Below are positions 40,423-50,908 of a stretch of DNA of 64,000 nt, piece after piece (within the stretch, counting starts at the first letter, position 1; every line of letters starts with the position of its first letter). Source of the DNA: Spirochaetia bacterium (GTDB lineage Bacteria > Spirochaetota > Spirochaetia > SZUA-6 > Bin103); NCBI GenBank assembly GCA_965208575.1, contig CBDBOV010000005.1, positions 608,001 through 672,000 of the forward strand, written 5' to 3'. Position numbers and translations under genes: made by a program. The notes under the pieces are model-generated. The model saw only the letters and a program-made list of their open reading frames with translations, ran no database searches and was not told the origin of the DNA.

Positions 40423-42040
40423 GGTCCGCGACCACCTGGGCGGGCGAGCCGCGGGGCAGCAGGCGCTCCTCGCGCCGGTTCCAGGGCAGGAACCGCTGGT
40501 AGTCCTCAGGCACCTGACCGCCCGCGTCCGCGCAGGCGCTCAGATACTCGGTCAGCCAGGTACGCGGGTTGATCTGCCACCGTTCCAGCGTGTGAAACAG
40601 GCTGAACAGCGTCGCACACAGCTCCCCGCTCCACCGCGCCCCCGAGCCGTAGTAGTTCTTGCGCCCCACCACCGGGCCGCGCAGCGCGCGCTCGGCCTGG
40701 TTGTTGTCCATCGGCAGGTCGGGGTCCTCCACGAACCGCGTCAGCCCCTGCCAGTGGTTGCGCAGACTCTTCAGCACCTTCGCGCACGCCGCGGGCAGCT
40801 TCGACTGCTGCGCCAGTTCGCGCTCCCACCGTTCCTGCATCGCACCCACTCCCGCCCTCAGCGCCGCGTCGGCCGCGGCGTACTGTGCCGCCTCACCACG
40901 CACCTCAAGCCGTTCGTCGTTCAGGTGATACAGCGTCGCGATCTCCTCCAGCCACTGCTCGGCCCACTCCTGCTGATCGTCCCTTTCGTTGGCCACCGTA
41001 ATGAAGTCGCGGCGGACGTGCACCCAACAGAACGACAGTTCCAGTTCCGTGTCCTTGGCCAACCGTTTGTACGATGAAAAGCGGTCCACGCTCACCACGC
41101 CGCCGGTCACGGTCGCAAAATGCTGCTTCGGCACCCGCGCCGAACGGGTCGGATCCAGCGTGAACACCACCACCTCGGCACTCCAGAACACCCACAGGCA
41201 CCAGCGACAGCAGGCATCCTCGCTGCTCGCCTCGAACACCTGCCAGCTGGTCTCGTCAGCGTGCCAGTGCTGCTCCGTGCGGCTGCGCGCGATCAGCGCC
41301 TCCCGCAACGGCGCGAACAACGGTGCCAGACGGCGCAGGCCGTCGGTGACGGTGCCTTGGGCAAGATCCAGCCCATGCGCGCGTAGATCCGCCAGCAGCC
41401 GGTACGTCGGTCGATACAGCAGGTACTTGTCGATCAGCACCGTCACCCATACCGAGATGCCCAGGATGCCCTTCGGGATCAGCCGTGCCGGCGGCGGCGC
41501 CGTCCGCAACGCCGGCGTCGTCGCGCACTGGCAACTGCGCCGGTAGCGGCGCCGCTTGATCACCCGCCGGTAGGCGCGCACCTCGATCTCCAACTGCTCG
41601 GAGTCCTCGTTGCCGTGCGCGTGATACCCGGCGCCGCATGCCGGGCAGCGGCGCTGCTCCGGGTCAACCTCGTGGGCTTCCACCCGCACCGGCAGGTGTG
41701 CGTGCCCGCGTCGCCCATGGCCCGCTGCCCCGCGTTGCTGACCGCGCCGCCGCGCTGGCGCCGCGACCGCTGCCTCGGTGGCGCCCGCTGTTCTGGTTCG
41801 CTTCTCGCTGCCGCGGCGCCGCGCCCACCGTTCCCGCAGCCGCTGGCGCAGTTCCTTGACCTTCGCACGCAGCGCCTGCAGTTTCCTCTTCAGCCGCTGC
41901 TCTCGCTCGACCGCCTTGCCATGCATCCTGCGGTAATAGCGCGCCTGCCGGCGCAGTTCCAATACCTCGCGCCGCAGCTCCTCCTGCTCCCTACGGCACG
42001 CCGCCGTGCAGCCATGCGCGCTCCGCCAGAACCCTCCCAC
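40412..42040 (-). CDS. tnpC: IS66 transposase TnpC
   Basis: Coiled coil, CPAC Zn finger, WHADET, CWVHVRRDF, DNNQAERALR. Confidence 0.93.
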   Translation of the reverse strand: MGGFWRSAHGCTAACRREQEELRREVLELRRQARYYRRMHGKAVEREQRLKRKLQALRAKVKELRQRLRERWARRRGSEKRTRTAGATEAAVAAPARRRGQQRGAAGHGRRGHAHLPVRVEAHEVDPEQRRCPACGAGYHAHGNEDSEQLEIEVRAYRRVIKRRRYRRSCQCATTPALRTAPPPARLIPKGILGISVWVTVLIDKYLLYRPTYRLLADLRAHGLDLAQGTVTDGLRRLAPLFAPLREALIARSRTEQHWHADETSWQVFEASSEDACCRWCLWVFWSAEVVVFTLDPTRSARVPKQHFATVTGGVVSVDRFSSYKRLAKDTELELSFCWVHVRRDFITVANERDDQQEWAEQWLEEIATLYHLNDERLEVRGEAAQYAAADAALRAGVGAMQERWERELAQQSKLPAACAKVLKSLRNHWQGLTRFVEDPDLPMDNNQAERALRGPVVGRKNYYGSGARWSGELCATLFSLFHTLERWQINPRTWLTEYLSACADAGGQVPEDYQRFLPWNRREERLLPRGSPAQVVADRAA

Positions 42041-42107
42041 ACTTCATCTCTAACACACCGTTCCGGATGTGTCCAGTCCCTCTCACACCCGTAGACCGAA
42101 TGCTTAC

Positions 42108-43721
42108 ATGAGTGAAGCGCCTTCTCCCGCCCTCTGGTCCACCGTCGCCGCGCTCCCCGATCACCTCCTGTTGGCGCAGACCGCGCAGCTCGCCCGCCAC
42201 GAGCAGGCGCTGCAGATCCTGGTGCTCGACCACCTGCGCGAGATCGAGGCGCGCCGCCTCCACCTGACCCACGGGTACGGGAGTCTGTTCGACTACGTGG
42301 TGCATGAACTGGGCTACACCGCGGCCGCCGCTTGGCGGCGCATCAAGGCGATGCGGCTGTGCGACCAGACCAGCGGGGCGCGCGAGCTGCTGCAGGACGG
42401 CTCCCTGAACCTGAGCAACGCGGCGCAACTGCAGAACCTGTTCGAGCGCAGCGACCGCAGCCGGGGCCGTCCGCCGGGCAGTGGCGGCACCGGTGGCGGC
42501 CCGGGCGGGGCGCCGCGGAATGACGACGCACCGGGAGAACCGGCACCGGCGGCACCGAAGCGCCCCGGTGAGTCCGACGCGGCGCCGGTAGCCGGGCCGG
42601 TGCTGGACGCGGCGGCGCGGGAGGAACTGGTCAAGCAGGCGGCGGGCAAGAGCACCCGCGAAGTGCAGCAGATGCTGGCCGAGGTGGCCCCGGAGCTGGC
42701 GCAGCCGAGCGACCGGATGCGCGCGCTCGCAGGCGGCCGCTGGGAACTGAAGGCGACGATCGACACGGAGTGCCGGCACGGCCTGGAGAAGCTGCAGATG
42801 TTGCTGTCGCACACGGACCCGCACCTGACGCTGGGCGGACTCATCGCGCGGCTGGTACAGGACGGCCTGGACCGCTACGACCCGGCACGGCCCCGGGGCA
42901 CGCGGGGCACCGGCGGTCGCGGCTCGGTCAACGGCGCGCGAACCGTGAGCAAGCCGGCGCGGCGCGATACGGAAACGGTGCAGCAAAGCGTGGTGCGTGC
43001 TCAGGGGAGCGATGTCGAACGGCAGAGCGAAGTCGAGCAGGGTGACGCACCGTCCGCGGCCGTGCGCGATGTGGTGCCCGCTCCTTCGGCGCCGAAGCGC
43101 CCCTCGGAAGCCGGGCACGGCAGCGCGTCACCGGCGACGGCACCGAACAGCGGCGGGCACACGACTTCGGCGCCGAAGCGCCACGAGCAAGCCGAGTTCG
43201 GTCGCACTTCCCGTGCCGCGGCGGGGGTCGGCAGCGGGAGAGCCGCTTCGCCGGCGAACCGGCCAGGGCGGGCCGACGACGATGGCCGGGGCGCGGCGGG
43301 AGCGCAGTTCGATGCCGGCATACGCGGCGCTTCGCGGGCACCGGTACGGGGCCACGACCGGTTCACGAGTTCGGCGGCGAAGCGGCTGGCGAACGCAGCC
43401 GGGCAAGGCGCGGTGGAGCGGTCGCCGGCCCTGGCCCGGCACCTCGCCGCGTTGAACGGCTGCGGCGCGTCGCCGGGCTCCCGCTCACGGTACATCCCGG
43501 TGGCCGTACGGCGCGAGGTGTGGCGCCGCGACAACGGTTGTTGCAGCTACGTCGACCCGCACAGCGGCCGGCGCTGCGGTTCCCGCTATCGGCTGGAGAT
43601 CGACCACGTGGTGCCGTTCGCGCTCGGCGGCGCTACCGAGCTGTGGAACCTCAGAATTCGGTGCCGTGCCCACCACCGGTTGCGCCACGCTCCGCACCGT
43701 ACCAACTTGTGCACGAGATAG
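42108..43721 (+). CDS. HNH endonuclease with a DUF222-like N-terminal region and a long repetitive linker
   Basis: GYGSLFDYVVHELGY; C-terminal RYIPVAVRREVWRRD..C...C...LEIDHVVPFALGG....NL...C..HH. Confidence 0.85.
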   Translation: MSEAPSPALWSTVAALPDHLLLAQTAQLARHEQALQILVLDHLREIEARRLHLTHGYGSLFDYVVHELGYTAAAAWRRIKAMRLCDQTSGARELLQDGSLNLSNAAQLQNLFERSDRSRGRPPGSGGTGGGPGGAPRNDDAPGEPAPAAPKRPGESDAAPVAGPVLDAAAREELVKQAAGKSTREVQQMLAEVAPELAQPSDRMRALAGGRWELKATIDTECRHGLEKLQMLLSHTDPHLTLGGLIARLVQDGLDRYDPARPRGTRGTGGRGSVNGARTVSKPARRDTETVQQSVVRAQGSDVERQSEVEQGDAPSAAVRDVVPAPSAPKRPSEAGHGSASPATAPNSGGHTTSAPKRHEQAEFGRTSRAAAGVGSGRAASPANRPGRADDDGRGAAGAQFDAGIRGASRAPVRGHDRFTSSAAKRLANAAGQGAVERSPALARHLAALNGCGASPGSRSRYIPVAVRREVWRRDNGCCSYVDPHSGRRCGSRYRLEIDHVVPFALGGATELWNLRIRCRAHHRLRHAPHRTNLCTR

Positions 43722-43751
43722 CCAGTAGCTCTCAGTGCGTTAAGGTTAAGC

Positions 43752-43955
43752 GTGAACATCAATGATGCGATCTTGCGGGAGCTCCGAGAGCGGGCGCGGA
43801 TTGAGGAACGCCCGTTCGTGACGTGTTGGACCACACGCTGCAGATCGGTCTCGCGCACCTGGACACGCCCGAACCGCGCGCCCGCTTCCGGGTCAAGGCC
43901 CACGCGCTCGGGATCAAGCCAGGCAATCGCGGCGTGAGCATGAATCAGCTCTCCG
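43752..43955 (+). pseudogene. Frameshifted VapB-like antitoxin remnant
   Basis: VNINDAILRELRERARIEERPF continues in another frame as DVLDHTLQIGL...FRVKAHALG; no toxin gene follows. Confidence 0.5.
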
Positions 43956-44078
43956 CGCACCACACGGATAGCGTCGGCCAGTTGTGTGTCACAGGTAGGG
44001 ATTTCGTCTTGTAAGGAAGTTGCGCGTCTCCGGTTTGCAGGGCGGATCGAATGGGTAAGGATGCGCCCATGAATGAAC

Positions 44079-44713
44079 CGTTGTTGCGTGCGCTGTGCGA
44101 TGCGCCGGGGGTGTCGGGTTGGGAGGACGAGGTGCGCGAGCTGGCGCGCGCCGAGATGGAGCCGCATGCCGACGAGGTGCGCGTGGACCGGCTCGGCAAC
44201 CTGGTGGCGGTGCGCCGTGCGGCGCGTAGCGCCGGCAGCGGACCGCCGCTCAAGGTGATGGTGGCCGCCCACATGGACGAGATCGGTTTCATGGTGAAGG
44301 CGATCGATGAGCGCGGTTTCATCCGCGTGCAGCCGGTGGGCGGCTTCGATCCGCGTACGCTGGTTTCGCAGCGGGCGGTGATCCATGGCCGGCAGCGCGT
44401 CGGCGCGGCGTTTGCCCCCATTCCCAACTGGATCGAGAGCGACGAGGAGCGGCGCCGCGTCACGCCGCTCGACCTGCTGGTAGACACCGCGCGGCGCCAC
44501 GAGATCCCATACCAGGTGACGATGTGGGGCGGAACCGACGCATCGGCGATGCAGCGCACCCGCTCCGGCGCACTGGCATGCACCGTCGGCGTACCGGTGC
44601 GCTACATGCACTCCACCGTGCAACTCGCCCACTGGGACGATATCGAGGGCAACGTCGCTCTCATGCGCGGCTTCCTCGCGCGCGCCCACGAACTGACCCC
44701 GCACTGCCGGTAG
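44079..44713 (+). pseudogene. M42 (TET/FrvX) aminopeptidase with a large in-frame internal deletion
   Basis: APGVSGWE, DRLGN, AAHMDEIG, GGTDA and RYMHS are present; the central DDR/EEVG region is absent; about 210 aa versus about 350 aa typical. Confidence 0.75.
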
Positions 44714-44755
44714 CGCAACTGTCCGGCGGGCACAGGCGAGCGCGGGCCCGACCGG

Positions 44756-47080
44756 TTACAGGCTGCGCGGTGCGCGTGCGACGGCGCCGCTGACGAGGTG
44801 GCAGGCGGCGTGGTGACCCGGCGCGCCGTCCACGGAGGTCAGCTCCGGCTGTTGCTCGCGGCAGTGCGGCTGCGCGAACGGGCAGCGGGTGTGGAAGCGG
44901 CAGCCGGACGGCGGCGCGGCGGCATTCGGCACGTCGCCGGCAAGCGCGACCCGCCTCCGCCGCCGGCGTGGGTCGATGTGCGGCACTGCCGACAGCAGCG
45001 CCTGCGTGTAGGGGTGGGCAGGCTCGGCAAACAGGCGCCCGGCGTCGGCCTGCTCCACGATCTGGCCCAGGTACATCACCGCCACCCGGTCGCAGATGTG
45101 GCGCACCACCGACAGGTCATGGGCAATGAACAGGTAGGTCAGGCCCAGGTCGCGCTGCAGGTCCTGCAGGAGGTTGAGGATCTGCGCCTGGATCGACACG
45201 TCGAGCGCCGACACCGGTTCGTCGCACACCAGCAGCTTGGGGGCCAGCGCCAGGGCGCGGGCGATGCCGATGCGCTGGCGCTGGCCGCCGGAGAACTGGT
45301 GCGGATAGCGTGCGGCGTGCTCGGGCGCCAGCCCCACCCGGCGCAGCAGCTCGGGTACGCGCTCGTGCGCGGCGCGCCGCCGGCCGTGGATGACGAACGG
45401 CTCGGCGAGCATGTCGCGCACCGTCATGCGCGGATTGAGGGAGCTGAACGGGTCCTGGAACACGATCTGCATGTCGCGGCGCAACGCGCGCAGCGCTTCG
45501 CCCCGCAGCGCGAATACCGGCGCACCCTCGAACCGGACGCTGCCGCCGGTGGCGCGCAGCAGGCGCAGCAGCAGGCGCCCGGTGGTGCTCTTGCCGCACC
45601 CCGACTCGCCCACCAGCCCGAGCGTCTCGCCGCGCGCCAGGTCGAAGCTGACACCATCGACCGCGCGGACGTGCCCCACCACGTGGCGGAAGATGCCGGC
45701 CGTGACCGGAAAGTGCATGGTGAGGCCGCGCGCCTCCAGCAGGACATCGTTCCCGGCTGCCGGCCCGGTTGCCGCGGCGGGCATGACCGCGGCGGTGGCG
45801 CCACCGCCGGCGACCCGTGCCGCCGTACCGCCGGGCGCCGCCGGTGCCGCCGGTGCCGCCGGTGCCGCCGACGCGCGACCGCCGGCGGCAGCCGAGCCGG
45901 CGGGACTGCCGCCGGGGAACCCCTCCGCGGCAGCGCGCGTCGCCGGGTCTCCCGTCGGATCTGGCGGGAGACCGTCGGCCGAGGCCGGGTCGCGGAAACC
46001 GCCGCCGGGAGACTCGTCCGCCGCCACTGTCTTCCCGGCGCCCGCCTCCGCGGCGTTCGCCAGCGCGGCGCCAGGATCGTACAGGAGGCAGCGCGCCAGG
46101 CGGGCGTCGCCGGCCGGCAGCAGCGGCGGCGGCCCTTGCCGGCAGCGGTCAACGGCGAATTCGCAGCGCGGGGCGAACGCGCAGCCGGGCGGCAGCCGCA
46201 GCGGGTCGGGCACCGCGCCGGTGATCGGGGTGAGCCGGGCGCCGCGCGGCGCCTCGATGTTCGGGATCGACTGCAGCAGCGCGCGCGTGTAGGGGTGGCG
46301 CGGTGCGGCGAACAGCTCCGCGGTGGCGGCCTGTTCCACCACCTGGCCGGCGTACATCACCACCACCCGTTGCGCCATCTCCGCCACCACGCCGAGGTCG
46401 TGGGTGATGATTACCACCGCGGTGCCGAAGCGCGGCGACAGTTCGCGGATCAGTTCCAGGATCTGCGCCTGAATGGTCACGTCGAGCGCCGTGGTCGGTT
46501 CGTCGGCGATCAGCAGCGCCGGGTCGCAGCTCAGCGCCATGGCGATCATCACCCGTTGCCGCATGCCCCCGGAGAACTGGTGCGGGTAGTCGAACACGCG
46601 CTGCTCCGGCGAGGGAATGCCCACCAGGCGCAGCATTTCCAGCGTGCGCGCCAGCGCCTGCCGCTTGCGCAGGCCGCGATGGATACGCAGCGCTTCGATG
46701 ACCTGGTCGCCGATGGCATGCACCGGGTTGAGCGACGACATCGGCTCCTGGAAGATCATCGCGATCTCGTTGCCGCGGATGCGCTGCATCTGCTCCGGGG
46801 TCTTGCCGAGCAGGTCTTCGCCGCGGAAGCGGATGGAGCCGGCCACCACCCGGCCGGGAGCATCCACCAGCCCCAGGATCGACAGCGCGGTTACCGACTT
46901 GCCGCAACCCGACTCGCCCACCACGGCCACGGTCTCGTCGGCCAGCACCTCCAGGTCCACGCCGTTGACTGCCGCGACCACGCCCCGGTCGGTGGCGAAG
47001 TGGGTGGCCAGCCCGCGTACCTCCAGCAGCGCGTCGAGCGCCGGGGCCGGCGAATCGCTCACTGCGCTCATTGCGCTCAT
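44756..47080 (-). CDS. Fused OppD-OppF peptide ABC ATPase
   Basis: Two GESGCGKS and FSGG motifs, each with a PSGCRF/PPGCAF Cys-rich tail, joined by an Ala/Pro linker. Confidence 0.92.
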   Translation of the reverse strand: MSAMSAVSDSPAPALDALLEVRGLATHFATDRGVVAAVNGVDLEVLADETVAVVGESGCGKSVTALSILGLVDAPGRVVAGSIRFRGEDLLGKTPEQMQRIRGNEIAMIFQEPMSSLNPVHAIGDQVIEALRIHRGLRKRQALARTLEMLRLVGIPSPEQRVFDYPHQFSGGMRQRVMIAMALSCDPALLIADEPTTALDVTIQAQILELIRELSPRFGTAVVIITHDLGVVAEMAQRVVVMYAGQVVEQAATAELFAAPRHPYTRALLQSIPNIEAPRGARLTPITGAVPDPLRLPPGCAFAPRCEFAVDRCRQGPPPLLPAGDARLARCLLYDPGAALANAAEAGAGKTVAADESPGGGFRDPASADGLPPDPTGDPATRAAAEGFPGGSPAGSAAAGGRASAAPAAPAAPAAPGGTAARVAGGGATAAVMPAAATGPAAGNDVLLEARGLTMHFPVTAGIFRHVVGHVRAVDGVSFDLARGETLGLVGESGCGKSTTGRLLLRLLRATGGSVRFEGAPVFALRGEALRALRRDMQIVFQDPFSSLNPRMTVRDMLAEPFVIHGRRRAAHERVPELLRRVGLAPEHAARYPHQFSGGQRQRIGIARALALAPKLLVCDEPVSALDVSIQAQILNLLQDLQRDLGLTYLFIAHDLSVVRHICDRVAVMYLGQIVEQADAGRLFAEPAHPYTQALLSAVPHIDPRRRRRRVALAGDVPNAAAPPSGCRFHTRCPFAQPHCREQQPELTSVDGAPGHHAACHLVSGAVARAPRSL

Positions 47081-48126
47081 TGCTTCATGCGCGGGTCGAG
47101 GGCGTCGCGCAGGCCGTCGCCGAGAAAATTGAAGCACAGCATGGTCAGCGCCAGGGCGATGCCGGGGAAAATCGCCAGGTGCGGGTGCGAGCGCATGCTG
47201 GTGATGCCGTCGGAGATCATCGCGCCCCAACTCGGCGTGGGCGGGTCGACACCGAGCCCGATGAAGCTCAGAAACGCCTCGGTGGCGATCAGTCCGGGAA
47301 TCATCAGGGTCACCTGCACGACGCCGGGACCGACCAGGTTGGGCAGCAGGTGGCGCACCACGACCCGCGCCGGGCGCGCGCCGAGGGCGCGTGCCGCCTG
47401 CACGAACTCCGTCTCGCGCAGCGACAGCGCCATGCCGCGCGCCAGCCGCGCCAGCCCCACCCAGGAGGTGAGGCTGATGCCGGCCAGGATGAACAGCATG
47501 CCGCCCATGGCGCGGTCCAGCGACACCACGGCGCGCACCAGCGCGCTGGGATCCTCGCGCTGGCCGAACCCCAGCTTGAACACCACCAGCAGCAGGATGA
47601 TGAACAGCAGGCTCGGGAATGCGTACAGCAGGTCCACCACCCGCATCATCGCGTTGTCGGCGCGGCCGCCGGCATAGCCGGCCACGGTGCCGTACGCGAC
47701 GCCGACCAGGAACGCGGTCAGCGCGCCGAGCAGGCCGACGACCAGGGAGATGCGCGCCCCGTAGACAAGCCGCGACAGCAGGTCGCGGCCGAGGAAGTCG
47801 GCGCCCAGCAGGTAGTCGCCGCCGGGCTTCGCGAAGGTCTGCTCGAAGTCCCCGTCGGCGTAATGGCGAGGTGCGATCGCCGGCGCCATCGCGGCCATGG
47901 CCAGCAGCAGCCCGACCACGCACCCTCCCGCCACCGCCAGCCGGTTGCGCAACAGACGCCGCCAGGCGTCACGCCAGAGGCTGTCGCCGCCTGCCCGCGG
48001 CCGCCCGCTGCGCCGGTGGGAGCCGGGGCGCGCGCCGCCGTCGCCAGGCGCCTCGCGCTGCCGGCCCGGTGCCGCGTCCCGCGCGGCGGTTCGGCGCGCC
48101 ACCCATGGCAGCCGGTGTTTCGCCAC
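47077..48126 (-). CDS. oppC: Peptide ABC permease
   Basis: [39 protein letters not shown]. Confidence 0.92.
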   Translation of the reverse strand: MAKHRLPWVARRTAARDAAPGRQREAPGDGGARPGSHRRSGRPRAGGDSLWRDAWRRLLRNRLAVAGGCVVGLLLAMAAMAPAIAPRHYADGDFEQTFAKPGGDYLLGADFLGRDLLSRLVYGARISLVVGLLGALTAFLVGVAYGTVAGYAGGRADNAMMRVVDLLYAFPSLLFIILLLVVFKLGFGQREDPSALVRAVVSLDRAMGGMLFILAGISLTSWVGLARLARGMALSLRETEFVQAARALGARPARVVVRHLLPNLVGPGVVQVTLMIPGLIATEAFLSFIGLGVDPPTPSWGAMISDGITSMRSHPHLAIFPGIALALTMLCFNFLGDGLRDALDPRMKQ

Positions 48127-48133
48127 GGGCTGC

Positions 48134-49060
48134 TTAGGGCGCCTCCAGGCGAATGCGCGGGTCGATCCAGGAGTAGGCCAGGTCCACCGCCAGGTTGGCG
48201 ATCACCAGCACCGCCGTGTACAGCAGCGTGGTGCCCATGATCACCGGGTAGTCGCGGTCCCCCACCGAGCCGACGTAGAAGTCGCCCAGGCCGGGGATGG
48301 CGAAGATCTGCTCGACCACCATGGAGCCGGTCACCAGCGCCGCGAACAGCGGTCCGAGCACCGTCACCACCGGGATCAGCGCGTTGCGCAGCGCGTGATG
48401 GACGATCACCCGCCGTTCGCTCACCCCCTTGGCGCGCGCCGTGCGCACGTAGTCTTCGCGGATCACCTGCAGCATGCTCGCACGCGTCAGCCGCGCCAGG
48501 ATGGCGGCTTGCCCGATGCCCAGGGTAAAGGCCGGCATCACCGCCTGCTGCCACGACCCCCAGCGCGCCACCGGCAGCACTCCCAGTTGCAGGGCCAGCC
48601 CCCACATCAGCAGCGGCCCGAGGGTCAGCGCCGGCACCGAGACGCCGGACACCGCCATGAACATCGCCGCGTAGTCGGCGAGCGTGTTCTGGCGCAGCGC
48701 CGACACGATGCCGAGCGGCACGCCGATCACCACCGCCACGCCCAGCGCCAGCGTGCCGAGCACGAACGACACCGGGAAATGGCGCGCGATGATCTCGTTC
48801 ACGCTGCGGTCCCTGGCCAGGTAGGAGGGGCCGAGATCGCCGCGCAGGGCGCCGCCCATGTAGCGCAGGTACTGTCGCCACACCGGCTCGTCCAGGTGGT
48901 AGTGCGCCTCCAGCCGGGCGATCACCTCCGGCGGCAGCGGCTTGTCCTCCTGATCGAACGGATTGCCCGGTACCGAGTGCATCAGGAAGAAGGTGACCGC
49001 CGAGATCACCAGCAATACCGGCACCAGCCACAACAGCCGGCGCACCAGGTAGGTCAGCAC
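48134..49060 (-). CDS. oppB: Peptide ABC permease
   Basis: GDLGPSY, EDYVRTARAKG, HALRNALIP, RDYPVI. Confidence 0.93.
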   Translation of the reverse strand: MLTYLVRRLLWLVPVLLVISAVTFFLMHSVPGNPFDQEDKPLPPEVIARLEAHYHLDEPVWRQYLRYMGGALRGDLGPSYLARDRSVNEIIARHFPVSFVLGTLALGVAVVIGVPLGIVSALRQNTLADYAAMFMAVSGVSVPALTLGPLLMWGLALQLGVLPVARWGSWQQAVMPAFTLGIGQAAILARLTRASMLQVIREDYVRTARAKGVSERRVIVHHALRNALIPVVTVLGPLFAALVTGSMVVEQIFAIPGLGDFYVGSVGDRDYPVIMGTTLLYTAVLVIANLAVDLAYSWIDPRIRLEAP

Positions 49061-49145
49061 CGCGGTTGGTCGGCGCGCGCCGCGGCCGGGGGCAGGCGTT
49101 GCATGGCAAGCTCCCCGCGGCCGCGCTCGCCCACCCGCGTCAAGC

Positions 49146-50735
49146 TCAGTTGAGCTCCCAGTCCTTGAACAGCTTCATGAACTGCGGGGTCTGCGGGCGG
49201 TCCACGTACGGCTTGGTGAGCGAGTTGTCCGCGTACCAGTAGATCGGGATCACGCCCACCTGCTCCTGCACCAGGATGCGCTCGGCGATGCGATACAACT
49301 GCTGCCGCGTTGCCAGGTCGCTCTCCACCGCCGCTTCCTCGATGATGCGGTCGTACTCCGGATTCTTGAACGTCGCCGGCTGCCCGACGCTGCTGTGGAA
49401 CAGCTCCATGTGGATGTTGTGCGCGTCCGGGTAGTCCATGCCCCAGCCCATGCGCCACACGTCGTGCGCGCCCTGCGCCGCGTTCACGGAGTAGGCGCGC
49501 CCCTCGACGCCGCGCAGCGACACCGTGGCGCCGAGCGTGTCCTGCCACATCTTCTGAATCGCCTGGGCGATGTTCTGGTGCAACTGACTGGCGTTGTAAC
49601 CCAGCTCGATCTCCGGCAGTCCTTCGCCATCCGGATATCCTGCCTGCGCCAGCCACGCCTTGGCCTGCTCCGGGTCGTACGCGATGCCGATGCCGGCTTC
49701 GTTGGCCACGTGGCCGGTGGAGCCGGGCGGCGTCATGGTGCCGGCGGGCACTTCACCGCCGCGCGTAATGCGTCCGGTGACCGTGTCCTTGTCCAGTGCC
49801 GCGGCAAACGCCCTGCGCACCAGCACCTGGTTGAACGGCGGCTTGGCGACGTTGAAGAAGTAGTAGTACACCACGAACCGCGGGCCGTTGTAGTACTCGG
49901 GGCCGAGCACGCCGTCGCCGCGGATGCGGTCCAGCTCGCCCGGCGGTATCGACTCGATGAAGTCCAGCTCGCCGGCCTCGTACATCGCCAACTGGGTGGA
50001 CGCGTCCTTGACCACGAAGAAGGTGATGCGCGGAATGTCCACGCTGCCGGCGTCGAAGTAGCCGTCATTGCGCTCCAGCACGTAGCGGTCCTCCGGCACC
50101 GCCTCGACCAGCTTGTAGGGGCCGTTGACCACGATATTGTCCGGCTTCACCCAGTCGGTGCCGTGCTGCTCGCGCGCCTGGCGCGGCACGCTGTGGCCCA
50201 TCGAGCTGAGCGACGACAGGAACCAGGTCGCCGGCTCGGTCAGGGTGATGGTGAGCGTGAGGTCGTCCACCGCATGCACGCCGAGCGCCGACGGCGGCTG
50301 CTCGCCGGCGTTCACCGCGGCGGCATTCTCGATCACGAACGCGCGATAGGAGATCGGTGCCGCGCTGTCGGGATCGACGATGGTCCGGAACGAGTACTCG
50401 AAGTCGGCGGCGGTAACCGGACTGCCGTCGGACCAGGTCAGGCCGGGCCGCAGGGTGAACGTGTAGGTGCGGCCGTCTTCAGAGACGGTCCACGACTCGG
50501 CCGCGTTGGCAATCGGCTCGGAGCGGTTGTAGTCCCAGTCCACCAGGGTCAGAAACTGCTGCGCCGCCAATATGTGCAGCCAGTTGGTCGCCGGATCGAA
50601 GTTGCCGGGCTCGCCCGGCAGCGCCAAGCTGATTCCGGCCTGCCCGGCGGCATCCGATTCGCCCGCGGCAGAGGCGAAACTGCCCGCAGCGGCCACTACC
50701 AGCAGCGCCAGCGCTGCGCCAATTACTCGTCTCAT
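49146..50735 (-). CDS. oppA: Peptide ABC substrate-binding protein
   Basis: Signal peptide; AESWTVSEDGRTYTFTLR, WSDGSPVTAADF, NGPYKL. Confidence 0.92.
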   Translation of the reverse strand: MRRVIGAALALLVVAAAGSFASAAGESDAAGQAGISLALPGEPGNFDPATNWLHILAAQQFLTLVDWDYNRSEPIANAAESWTVSEDGRTYTFTLRPGLTWSDGSPVTAADFEYSFRTIVDPDSAAPISYRAFVIENAAAVNAGEQPPSALGVHAVDDLTLTITLTEPATWFLSSLSSMGHSVPRQAREQHGTDWVKPDNIVVNGPYKLVEAVPEDRYVLERNDGYFDAGSVDIPRITFFVVKDASTQLAMYEAGELDFIESIPPGELDRIRGDGVLGPEYYNGPRFVVYYYFFNVAKPPFNQVLVRRAFAAALDKDTVTGRITRGGEVPAGTMTPPGSTGHVANEAGIGIAYDPEQAKAWLAQAGYPDGEGLPEIELGYNASQLHQNIAQAIQKMWQDTLGATVSLRGVEGRAYSVNAAQGAHDVWRMGWGMDYPDAHNIHMELFHSSVGQPATFKNPEYDRIIEEAAVESDLATRQQLYRIAERILVQEQVGVIPIYWYADNSLTKPYVDRPQTPQFMKLFKDWELN

Positions 50736-50908
50736 GATACCTCCTCGCCTGCAGATGCGCGTTCGCCGTTCCCACCTGTCATGCGTCAATGAGCGTATTA
50801 CGCCTGTCGGCCCAGGTCAAATGCCCGCATCGGTCGGCACAGCCACGCCGTGCGGACCGGTGTTCGTGGTAGCATGACCGGCATGCGCTTCATCCGAGGA
50901 GAATCACC

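Larger units (their letters stand above)
39513..42107 (-). mobile_element. IS66-family insertion sequence (TnpC only, ISBst12-like organisation) with a DUF4338 passenger
   Basis: Terminal IRs gtaaacattcggt / accgaatgcttac; 8-bp target duplication ATGAGTGA at 39505-39512 and 42108-42115. Confidence 0.93.

Noticed and set aside
42108-43721. IscB/Cas9-like nuclease
   Set aside because: No PLMP or split RuvC motifs; only a C-terminal HNH
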